A DNA stretch of 62,862 nucleotides, counting the filler, from Asterionella formosa (lineage: Eukaryota), in the NCBI GenBank assembly GCA_002256025.1. It is 6 parts of 6 records of this genome, joined end to end, with 100 filler letters (N's around TTAATTAATTAA, not from the genome) between each part and the next. Parts side by side here need not be neighbours in the genome. Positions count along the whole stretch, not along the records: positions 1 to 19,575 come from NKIB01003613.1; positions 19,676 to 39,247 come from NKIB01003618.1; 4 more parts are not named here. One strand, given 5' to 3'. Each line of letters begins with the position of its first letter. The first letter of the stretch is position 1. The notes beneath the pieces were generated by a model that was not told the DNA's origin, searched no databases, and saw nothing but the letters and a program-made list of their open reading frames with translations. Positions 11,680 to 21,008 of the stretch are shown here, piece by piece. A program made the translations under genes and the position numbers.

Positions 11680-12551
11680 ACTGTGGAGCTATCGATGAAA
11701 CCGCACGACGGTATAATTGATCTCTCGCGTACTGCTCTCTTGATCATCGATATGCAAGTAAGAAAATACTCTCGAACCACATTGCTGAGGGTGGAACCAA
11801 CTCTTCTATTACATAACTTACATCAAATCCATTCCATATTGAATTACATTTAGCGAGACTTTCTTGAGGAGGGAGGATTTGGTGAAATTCTTGGCAACGA
11901 CGTCACCAAACTCCAAATAGTTATTGAACCAATCAAGAAATTGCTACTTGCTGCTAGATCATATGGACTAATGGTGATCCATACTCGCGAAGGACACCGA
12001 GCTGATATGACAGATGTACATCCATTCAAGAATGAAAAGAAGGACAAACATGGAAACATTGTCAAGTCAATCGGTGAGACTGGCCCGATGGGTCGGATTC
12101 TCATTCGTGGAGAGCCTGGTCATGATATTATTTCTGACCTCTATCCTGAGAAGGGTGAACCTGTTATTGACAAACCAGGTGAGAAATGAATATTTCCGCC
12201 GCGATTGTACTTCATTCTATCCAGATTTCACTAAAAATTACATTTACTTCACGTGCGTATGTTGTGAACAATGAAGGAAAAGGCTCGTTTTATGCAACTG
12301 ACCTTGATGCAATCTTAGCTGTGAACAACATCACGACTCTACTAGTGTGTGGTGTTACCACTGAGGTTTGTGTACACACGACAGTTCGAGAAGCCAACGA
12401 CCGTGGCAAGCACTGCATTGTAGTATCAGACTGTTGTGCATCATTTTTTGAGGAATTTCACAGAGTTGCGCTTGAGATGATTGTGGCGCAGGGTGGGATC
12501 TTTGGTTCAGTGACTGACAGCGCAAGCATAATCACGGCACTAGCTGGATAA
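11680..12551 (+). CDS. trtA: Triuret hydrolase-like cysteine hydrolase, 5' end in gap; exons <11680-11757, 11854-12178, 12277-12551
   Basis: Spliced product ..[105 protein letters not shown] triad intact. TrtA-type rather than BiuH-type residues (GGF, LGND, TTEVC, AS[Y/F]F, QGGI). Introns 11758-11853 and 12179-12276. Confidence 0.82.
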
Positions 12552-12741
12552 ATTTGACAATGAAGAGCGGAACTCACAGAAAACCCAAATTCACACATGT
12601 ACTTTATGAAAAACAACAAACTCCTTGCTTACATATATTCATTTCTTTCTTTGATAAATACAATAGTCGTTGTTTCTCTGTTAAAATGCAGAATCCAACT
12701 TGCCTAACTTTCACCACAATATATTATTTATAAATAGAAAC

Positions 12742-14385
12742 CTACTTCGCAAAGTTGCTCTTGATCCTGGACAAAATATAATCACCAGCAGTAATTGGAT
12801 CTCCCTTACCATCGTCGATTAGCGCGGACTTATCTGCTTGAGAAAAGAAGGCAATAGAATACCTAGACGAAGGAGGGGTACATTCTTCCTCGGTTGGCAT
12901 TCGTACTCGGTGAAGGTTGGAATACAGTCTACCACCGCTCCATCTGGCGAGCATGTCGCCAATGTTGACGGCGATTCCCCCTTCCACAGGGTCGATGGGC
13001 GTCCAGCGAGAGCCTTCTTTTGATGCGTCACGAGGATTTGAACAGCACTCCAGACCAGCCTGACCGACCCTTTGAAACAAAAGCGTCAGGTCGTCCCAAT
13101 CCGTGTGAGCTCCTGCACGCCAAAAGATGCGACCATTTTCATCTGGAGTTGTAAGTTTCCGAGATAATTCAGCATCCATTGGTGTGTAATGAAGCATACG
13201 GAGTGTGCATTGGCCTTCTGATGCCCACAGTCTTTAATAAAATCATTTGAATTTTGTTTACATAACGAGAACGACACAGAGATATTGTGAGGAAAAAGAC
13301 TCGTTAAATATTGTTGCTAGCGTGCAAGTAACTTACTTGTGTGACTTGGCAAGAGTGCCAGGCTCCAAATTAGGGCAAGCTTTCGGTTCCATTAAGTTGA
13401 GAAGTCGGTTTGTTAACTTGTGTCCCTCAGCAATAAGAGACTCAGCCACTGGACGAAAATTTGACGGCACTGAAGGCCATCTGCCGTCCATTACTCCTTC
13501 TCTTGCTGTAATTTGAAGGCTCTCCTTCTGATCTGCCGTTCCTGTTGATGGACGGACTTGAGTCATGTATTCATAGCCTGAGTTCATTTCACGAGAGAAT
13601 GGTGACATTTCCGTCTTTTCTTCCTCTGGGAGAGAAAAGAAGGCAGCAGAAGCTTCAAATGCACTGTCAATCATTTCTTGAGGAATGCCATGGCCAATCA
13701 AAGTAAAAAATCCGACAGTTGTTGCTGCATTCCAGAGCTGCTCGGCTATCACTTCATCATTTTCTTGGGAAAGGTCAATTACTGGAACGGAGAAATCTCT
13801 CGTCGCCGCAGCTGCTCCAATACCACTGGAAAAAAGAGATCGTTCTGTCTCAATGTCAGCGTTGGCCTGAGCGATTTTCAGTTCATCGCTTCCTTTCCAG
13901 ATTCCACTTTCCCTGTGAACTTTCATGGCTTCTTCGCTCAGGAGAGGACCTTCAATTTCAAGCTGTCTGGTGCCAGGCCGTCCAAGCGAATAGATTTCTT
14001 TCACTGGAATGTCAAAACCACCTGGACCTGACCATTCGCAAAGCTCTTCAGAAGAAGCGCCAAATACTATTCTCCCGATTCCTGACCAATAAATTGCGCC
14101 GGCACACATGACGCACGGCTCGGTGGAAGCGTACATCGTGCACCCCTTTCTGGTATCCATGTCAATATCTGCAACCATGCGAACAAGCTCTAATTCTGCG
14201 TGGCGAGTGACATCACCTGCTCCGCCTCTTTCTTTCCTTGCTGCAGATAAGTTATGACCCTCCTTGAGAATGTTTCCTCCTGCGTCAGCAACAACTGCAC
14301 CGAACGGCATGTTTCCGTTGGCGACAGCTATGGCACTCATCTTGATGGAGCGCCGAAGGCAAGCCTTGTCGTAAGGTCGTGACAT
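12742..14385 (-). CDS. Fusion: CDA-superfamily Zn nucleobase (guanine-deaminase-like) deaminase + 2OG-Fe(II) dioxygenase (DIOX_N/IPNS-like); exons 14385-13337 and 13231-12742, ~512 aa
   Basis: N-domain has PFGAVV, RHAE and YASTEPCVMCAGAIYW. The C-domain starts in the same exon (VPVIDLS, GFFTLIGHGI, FF.LP.EEK, DQKES) and continues after a GT-AG intron (13336-13232) with LRMLHY, GAHTD, LTLLFQ, VNIGDML.RWS, SNLHRV, RYSIAFF, giving a complete HxD..H..RxS set. Confidence 0.9.
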
Positions 14386-15018
14386 AGTTTCTGCAAGTAA
14401 TGGAATTACTAAAGTTGTATAGCAAGTGACAGGATGGTTTTGTGCTTACTATTAACCAGATTTTCTGCTTCTTAGTTTCTGGCAGAAGCAAAAATTGCAT
14501 CTGATTTTAACAGTTTACATTTTATATTTGCCGATCTTCGTTCCCACATGATACGAATACGATACCTACAGTAATGAGACCTACAGCAATTTGTACAGGT
14601 AATTTGATCAATTTCCTTTGTATGATAGTGCTGTCGGCGGGAACTTTTTCCAACGATACCGTATTTATTACCGGTAATTATGTAGTACTCGGCGTTTTGT
14701 TTTATTTCAATCTCGTTTCTACCTGTCTACTAAAGCGGTGGTGAGGTAATCCTGGAATTGTTCCTAGAATCGGACCAATCAAAGGATGAGAAAGCTAGCC
14801 AGCGGTTACACAACAGTTTATATACCACCCGGTTGTATATCAACAGGACTCGATATGCAGGTCACTGCTGCTGTGGTGGTGACAAACAGTTCGTCATTTT
14901 CACGGCCAATCATCAGATGTTTTCACATACCGGTAACAAAATACACATCATTTTAATTTAGATTTCACATTACATCCATCGCTCTAGATGCCGGTGTAGA
15001 TGTAAACTCCCAAACAAA

Positions 15019-16142
15019 ATGCCATTCTCGTACATGCTAACAGGTTCGTTCTGACATGAGTGTCATTGGATATCAGCGCAACTTGATATTGCTATTGTTC
15101 ACCTCCAAAGGAGTCAACGCGAAAGTAAGTGAATCCGCCACCAAACCTTTTTGTTCTCACAACATCATGTTCCGTATTCATCACCGTAGTGGCATACGAT
15201 GGATCCCGGTACAATGGCTTTCAGCGCCAAACGGCATCCCTCGCCGCAGCAAGGGTTCCGAAACGACCACGGTACAATGAGAATGGTCAGAAACAAAGTG
15301 TAGCACACACCATTCAAGATTGTTTAGAAGATGCGATATTAAGTCTGTATCCTCAGCTGTCCCTTGAATCGCTTCGCATGAGATGCGCAGGAAGGACGGA
15401 TGCGGGAGTTCATGCCAAAGGACAAGTTGTAGCCATTGACGTACCTGAGAAGCTACTAGCAAATGAGGATGGAACCCTGTGGCAAACAATTAAGGCCATC
15501 AACAGTCGGTTACCTAATGATATCTCCATTGAAAGAATTGATCCGTGCTGCTTTGGATGGGAGCCACGAAAAGAAGCGATCCGAAAACGATATTCTTACA
15601 CACTTAGATATCGAAGGAATGTTGTAACTAAAGACGGTGCTACTTCGAATGCCATATGCTCCTCTGGAATTCATACCATTCGAAGAGCTCATGATGGGGC
15701 TTGTCTATGGCATTGTCCCTGGGCATTGGACGATCGTCATATGCGCACGTATTGTCGGACGTTATCAGGACAACATGATTATTATGCATTTGTCCATAAA
15801 GAAGAGAGAAAAACACAACGATGTCACAAGATGACATTGACAGCCTTTGACTATCACGTTTTAGATGAAACATCGAATGAGGTGGCACCTGTTCTGACCG
15901 TGCAATTCGTTTTGGAAGCAGCAGGTTTTCGAAGGACCATGGTGCGAAATCTTATTGGATTTGTTGTGGACCTATGCCGTGGTGCTATCCATGCACCATT
16001 AACATCGCTAGAAAAAGTATGGGATGCAAATGAAAATGCAGCTGCATTGATACATGCAGCTCCTGCAAGTGGGTTGTGTCTAGAACGAGTGTACTTTCAA
16101 ACGCATGACGAACCAAGTTTCATTGTATTGGACGAAAAGTGA
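15019..16142 (+). CDS. truA: tRNA pseudouridine synthase, TruA/Pus family; predicted exons 15019-15043 and 15190-16142
   Basis: Motifs AYDGSRYNGFQRQ, AGRTDAGVHAKGQ, LSGQHDY.AF, FRRTMVR.LIG, AAPASGLCL. A proposed intron 15044-15189 gives the N-terminus MPFSYMLT-V-AYDG, matching the TruA YxLTVAYDG consensus. Confidence 0.9.
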
Positions 16143-16665
16143 CCGTCAGTTCAAAAATAATAAAATTTTGGGTGAATGTCTACGCCACATAAAAAGGAAA
16201 CTTGATACTTCGCCTTTTATTCCAAAATATTCAATTTTCGATTGAATGTGTATCCTGGTGACCTTCACGATTTTTATCGGCAAATCAGTATCGTCGTTCA
16301 TCCTTGCATTCAGTCGCATTGCTCTTACTTACTAACAACTCATCAAACTGGAACTCAAAGACTCGGACAAGGTCAGGAAAGGAATTTGCAAAATGCTTCT
16401 CGTAAAGTCCTTCTGTTTAACTTTCTCTATGCCACGCACTAGGAACGATACCAACAATTCCTTCCGTTCAAATCTTGAATCTCATGGCCACACCAGAACC
16501 AGGGCGAGAATTACATCCCCTAGATTTTGATCATTCCACATGAAAAAACTAGGATAAAGCAATTTCATGGCATGATAAGCTCATTTTTCACTTCGGATGC
16601 CCTGTTATCAATGCATATAGTAACTTTATAGTTTAACCACTATCCAATTCACAGCAACTGAAGTT

Positions 16666-16754
16666 TTGCAGGGAATTCTTGACGGTAGATTTTCAGGCTC
16701 ACTAATCACAATAGGGAACCTTCATTCACTTCTCCTCAAGCGTCCATCTGCAAA
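16666..16754 (-). promoter_or_regulatory. Putative SECIS element in the 3' UTR of the DsbA-like gene
   Basis: Minus-strand long hairpin tttgcag..cttgagg.aga..AUGA-aggttcccta-loop-tagtgagcc-UGAA..tct.cc.tcaag..ctgcaaa, with an AUGA/GA quartet core at 16725-16722 and 16695-16693. The apical AA is not canonical. Confidence 0.55.
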
Positions 16755-16782
16755 TGCAATTATTAAGTAAAAAATGTATCAT

Positions 16783-17535
16783 TTAAACCAGTTCCTCAAA
16801 TATGGCAAGAAACTCGTCGGGTGGCTGCGCACCACTCAAGGTATGTTTACCGTCAATGATAAAGAAAGGGACACCATTGCATCGATACTTGGTCTTAAAG
16901 TCCTTCATTTCATGCGAAACTTCCATATTTCCAATCGACTTATCTTCCAACAAATCAGTCACATCCATACCTGCATTCTTCGCACATTCCTCCAAAACAG
17001 AGTTCTCGCCCAAACTCTTTTCTTCTTCAAAGTATGCCTTGAACACGGCATCAACAACTTTATTCTGTAGTTCTGCACCTCCTTCGTCGCGCGCTTTCCA
17101 GATCAATCGATGACTATCAAAGGTGTTGCCAATGGATCCCCCATAGCTAAATTTGATCCCTTCGGATGCTCCGGTTTGGATCATGTGGGGGAGCATCGAG
17201 CGGACTCTTTCTGGGCCGAACCGAGAGTTATAGTAGCCCATTTTATCCACTCCCTTGCCCGATGGCAAATCCGGATTAAGCTCGAATGGTCTCCAGCGTA
17301 CATCGAAATCTACGTTGTCAAAGAGAGATGAGGACTTTGCCGTTTGAATGGCTTTTTCAAGGCGCTTCTTCCCCACATAGCACCAAGGTCAGATCGTGTC
17401 AGAGATAATGTCAATAGGAATAATGCGCTTCGACGACATGCTGGAAGTACTGCTTTGGGCTCGGATGGCAAATGCTACTGCTGATGGAGTATGAATGAGA
17501 GTAAGCAAAGAAGTAAAAGCTACTTTAAAAGACAT
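16783..17535 (-). CDS. DsbA/FrnE-like thioredoxin-fold oxidoreductase, predicted selenoprotein (UGA at 17391-17389, UPWC motif), ~250 aa
   Basis: One frame reads MSFKVAF..SAVAFA..IDIISDTI-TGA-PWCYVGKKRLEKA..VRWRPFELNP..NTFDSHRL..GVPFFII..LSGAQP. The TGA sits exactly at the first Cys of the FrnE CPWC motif. Confidence 0.85.
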
Positions 17536-18298
17536 TTGATATGAGAAGGAATGTATGTGCTCGTAGAGAGGCACAACGTATGACGTTCCAAGGAGCATCT
17601 TCGATTTCGGCGTAGTTTGAAACTGCCTCACAGCATAATATTGTAGGAACTGTCGGTATCCATAAATATGTACAGTAGACAACATACCGCTAGCCTAGTA
17701 CTCCAAATGATAGCAGAGGGTGTCGGACATTTGTATTTATACCGGTGTGAATGTATTCTTGCTTACCGACACTCAGGAGTATACTAGTACCTGGTACCTG
17801 GTACCAGGTACCGTATCCTCGTGACGCCGCAGGTAAAACTAGGATTCCGGTAAGTATGTACCGGTATGTATGATATTTACAACACACCGTTATGTGTGTA
17901 CCAGACAGAAGACTTTCAGCAGTATCTAGAGTGGATACATGAGGATGAGAATCATACTGTTTCCTGTGCGTGGGAATTGTATCACAAAATCTAGTCAATG
18001 GAAAACAATTTCATTACCGGTACATCTTGTAATTTAATTTGTAGCACTCTCTCCCACTAAGTACTATAACAAAGTAGGGCCTAGACTAAAAGTGAAAGCG
18101 CTTACCTGCAAATCCAAATAATCTTCATTCTTGTTGCAAGCTTGATCTCCTCTTGTTTATGTTTTGAGAACATTCGTATCATGAACAACATGTGATGTTA
18201 AGACTATGATGTTTACTACATGACCAATTCTTGAACCATTACAAATTCTAAACACAGGAGCTGCGTAACAGACTCATAGCCGCATACCGGTAGTTTCC

Positions 18299-19279
18299 TT
18301 ACAATGTGTCCTTGATGAACGTAATGGCTGCTGCTGCCCGTTCAGTGACTGATTTTGGACGGTACCCATCCATGGCCATAATCATTGTTTCGCATTCTCT
18401 GTATGATGGTTGCCCGTAATCAAATAGCTTGCCCCCGTCTCGCTTGTTTGCAGGGTCCTGATCAAAGTCGAGAGGTTTATCCTCCTGCACCTCCTTTTGT
18501 CCAATTTCAGTCCATACGACATTTGATCCTTCTTTATTAGCATCAGCATTTTGACGCAGAAATACTCGCCATGGGCCTGGGTAGGAACGTAGGACTCGAA
18601 CCTGATCACCTTCTACCATGAGATTTGTACATGAAAAGGTAGGTACAAATGTTTCCACTTGTGCCACTTGGTCACCTCCACCAAAAAAGCCAAAGTCAGT
18701 CCGTCTCTTCCACTGAGCATTGACAAGAATCAAATTTCGCTTTGGTCCCACTTGCGCCTCTAACCCCTGCAACACAGTTACTGAGTCCGAAGATGGCAAC
18801 AAGACAGTGCAAGCATCGTCCTTGGCTGCCTTTGCTTGAGAAAACAAGGCATAAACCCCATCGGACGAGTCTAGCATGGAAGTCGATATAGTCAGCGCTC
18901 CCAAGTTCTCCAGGACACGCTGCATCAAGGGACGAGCCGCTTCCATCATTTGACGAGCACCACCGGGCCAGTCGTCAAGTTCCGTCGCTCCAATGACAGG
19001 TAATAATAGGCGGACGGAGTGGCGATGAATCCCATCCGAAGAGGCTCGTTGGAGGGCTGCTGACGCTTGTCGAATTTGGTCGTCGACAGAGGTTGGGAAT
19101 CGTGTCATTAGAAGATCGTTCAATGCATCGTCTGATTCGGAAGCAAAGAGAGGACTGCAAGTTGAGTAGCCGGTGGTTGTGGTTTTAAGGAAAGATCTGT
19201 GGGAAGAATGTATTGCCGGAAAGCTGAGCCCTGCGACAAGTAGCACGGCAAAGGTGGCGAGCGATTTCGCAAACAACAT
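18299..19279 (-). CDS. DUF1995-family plastid protein
   Basis: 326-aa ORF with signal + transit-like N-terminus. Motifs LLLP..GATELDDWPGGARQM, LILVNAQW and VRVLRSYPGPWRVF recall DUF1995 proteins. Confidence 0.7.
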   Translation of the reverse strand: MLFAKSLATFAVLLVAGLSFPAIHSSHRSFLKTTTTGYSTCSPLFASESDDALNDLLMTRFPTSVDDQIRQASAALQRASSDGIHRHSVRLLLPVIGATELDDWPGGARQMMEAARPLMQRVLENLGALTISTSMLDSSDGVYALFSQAKAAKDDACTVLLPSSDSVTVLQGLEAQVGPKRNLILVNAQWKRRTDFGFFGGGDQVAQVETFVPTFSCTNLMVEGDQVRVLRSYPGPWRVFLRQNADANKEGSNVVWTEIGQKEVQEDKPLDFDQDPANKRDGGKLFDYGQPSYRECETMIMAMDGYRPKSVTERAAAAITFIKDTL

Positions 19280-19575
19280 GTTGAGTTATCGGATGGTATG
19301 GATCTAGAGCGTCACATCTATGAGACTCGTCTGTTATGATGGTCGATGGTTTGAAAGGCGAAAGTTGTATGAATGGACAAAACGCATAACATCGTCGTCA
19401 CAATTAATTCCTGCGTGATTTCGCTCAGAATGCAGTGCCGTCAGCGACCAAAAGATGCTGCCGACGTGACTTTTGTGCATCTGCTTTCTTCGTCAAATCA
19501 GCATGGCTGTGGTCGTATCATTCCGGTGGTGTGAAAAGGGACTACCGGTATTTCCCGGCAGGTAAGAATATTATG

Positions 19576-19675
19576 NNNNNNNNNNNNNNNNNNNNNNNNN
19601 NNNNNNNNNNNNNNNNNNNTTAATTAATTAANNNNNNNNNNNNNNNNNNNNNNNNNNNNNNNNNNNNNNNNNNNN
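19576..19675. other. Artificial scaffold linker (N44-TTAATTAATTAA-N44); also at 39248-39347, 40563-40662, 41878-41977 and 43193-43292
   Basis: An identical 100-nt spacer carrying stops in all six frames is repeated five times. Confidence 0.97.
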
Positions 19676-20081
19676 AGTTCATTACATAGAACATTTAACT
19701 TTCCAAATATTCCATCCCATCTTATTAATTGTATGTTCGTCTTCATTAACATTAGTTCAAATATTTCTCACCGGAAACAGTTTCTCTGTATAATATTGAC
19801 GACATGTACATTGATGGAATGCTGTTAACCCTAACTCAAATCATCCTAGATTTTGTCAGTGCTGATTACTGGTATGATGCTTTGATGTAGTACCTGGTAC
19901 CCCACCTCATTCGATTTGACGAAATGATTTTGCAATCACTGTCACCACAAACACCACACCACTTACTTCCACTACACATAGCGCGTTTCTAGTAGTACCC
20001 ATACCCCCGCCAGCAGGTATTGGTCGTCAACAACATCAAAACCAGAGTGGACACAGCGTGACGCTTCTCTGTTTTCTCAAC

Positions 20082-20927
20082 ATGGGATTCAAGGCCAATT
20101 CTCCACCGTGTTCGACGACGCGGTCGACACCTCGGTACAGTCATCTCCGACCAATGACTTTCTCCTCACAATCACCTTCGCCATCTTGGCGTGATACTCT
20201 CAAACAGAGTTGTTTGGAACGAGCACGACGGACCCGCCGCGACAGTTACATGAAAGCAAAACGCCAGGAGCGACAACAATCTGATGCACTAGCACTGCGA
20301 GAGCTGATTCAAGAAGAATTGGAGAATAGCGGCGTGACTGTTGGCAATGCTGAATCGAAAAAAAGAAAGGACCCAGAAGAGCTCGACGAATGCTTTTTCA
20401 GCGAAGATGACCTTTATCAACTCATGCAAGAGGTCGAAGAAGAATTGCAGCGAGATGGTACGTGGTATGCGCCCCGCGATGAATTCTCCTTGCCAGTCGC
20501 CGACCTCATGTCGTCAACCATCCCTCTCACTGCAGAGGAGCGGCTCGTTGAAGAACTTGAGGAATTTGAGCGATACGAAGAGCAATTTAGAGAGCTTATT
20601 GCGGACTACGAGGATTGGGAAGTCGAACCAACTCAGGCCGTGTTGTGTCCCGTTTGCAAGGGAGCCAACTTGGTCCAAGAGGAGGCTGTCATTGCTTGTC
20701 CTAATCATGGGAGTGGGGACTGCTCGCTTTGTATAGAAGTGCCGTCGGAACTTTTTTCTTTGAGGGATCTACGCGACAAATTAGGAGTTGCGTTCGGAGA
20801 ACATGATGTCTCGTGTCGGGGACTGCTTGAGGTGCATGTTCGACAACCCCTGGAGTATGAACAACCAACACCAACAGCTCTGGTGGCACAATGCCACATG
20901 TGTCAAACGAATATGGTTATAATGTAA
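20082..20927 (+). CDS. RPA-interacting protein (RIP/RPAIN)-like; probable in-frame 78-nt intron 20458-20535
   Basis: SPSWRDTLKQSCLERAR..R N-terminal motif, acidic middle (LMQEVEEELQR), C-terminal Zn-finger CPVC..C..C..H..C..CxxC. GTACGT..TGCAG intron candidate. Confidence 0.75.
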   Translation: MGFKANSPPCSTTRSTPRYSHLRPMTFSSQSPSPSWRDTLKQSCLERARRTRRDSYMKAKRQERQQSDALALRELIQEELENSGVTVGNAESKKRKDPEELDECFFSEDDLYQLMQEVEEELQRDGTWYAPRDEFSLPVADLMSSTIPLTAEERLVEELEEFERYEEQFRELIADYEDWEVEPTQAVLCPVCKGANLVQEEAVIACPNHGSGDCSLCIEVPSELFSLRDLRDKLGVAFGEHDVSCRGLLEVHVRQPLEYEQPTPTALVAQCHMCQTNMVIM

Positions 20928-21008
20928 TACGCAAAACGTCAAATACTGTTATCATGTAGCACATTTAATGGGCGTCTAAATCTATCTTGTCCCATTGCTG
21001 GGACGATT

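Noticed and set aside
8722..12551. Bacterial contamination as the source of the biuH/trtA cluster
   Set aside because: All five cluster genes have frame-restoring GT-AG introns and mixed orientations, and they share a scaffold with plastid-targeted nuclear genes.
17389..17391. Nonsense mutation (pseudogene) reading of the DsbA TGA
   Set aside because: It is the only disruption, it falls exactly on the catalytic Cys position, and a SECIS-like hairpin follows. Sec is the more parsimonious reading, though unproven.
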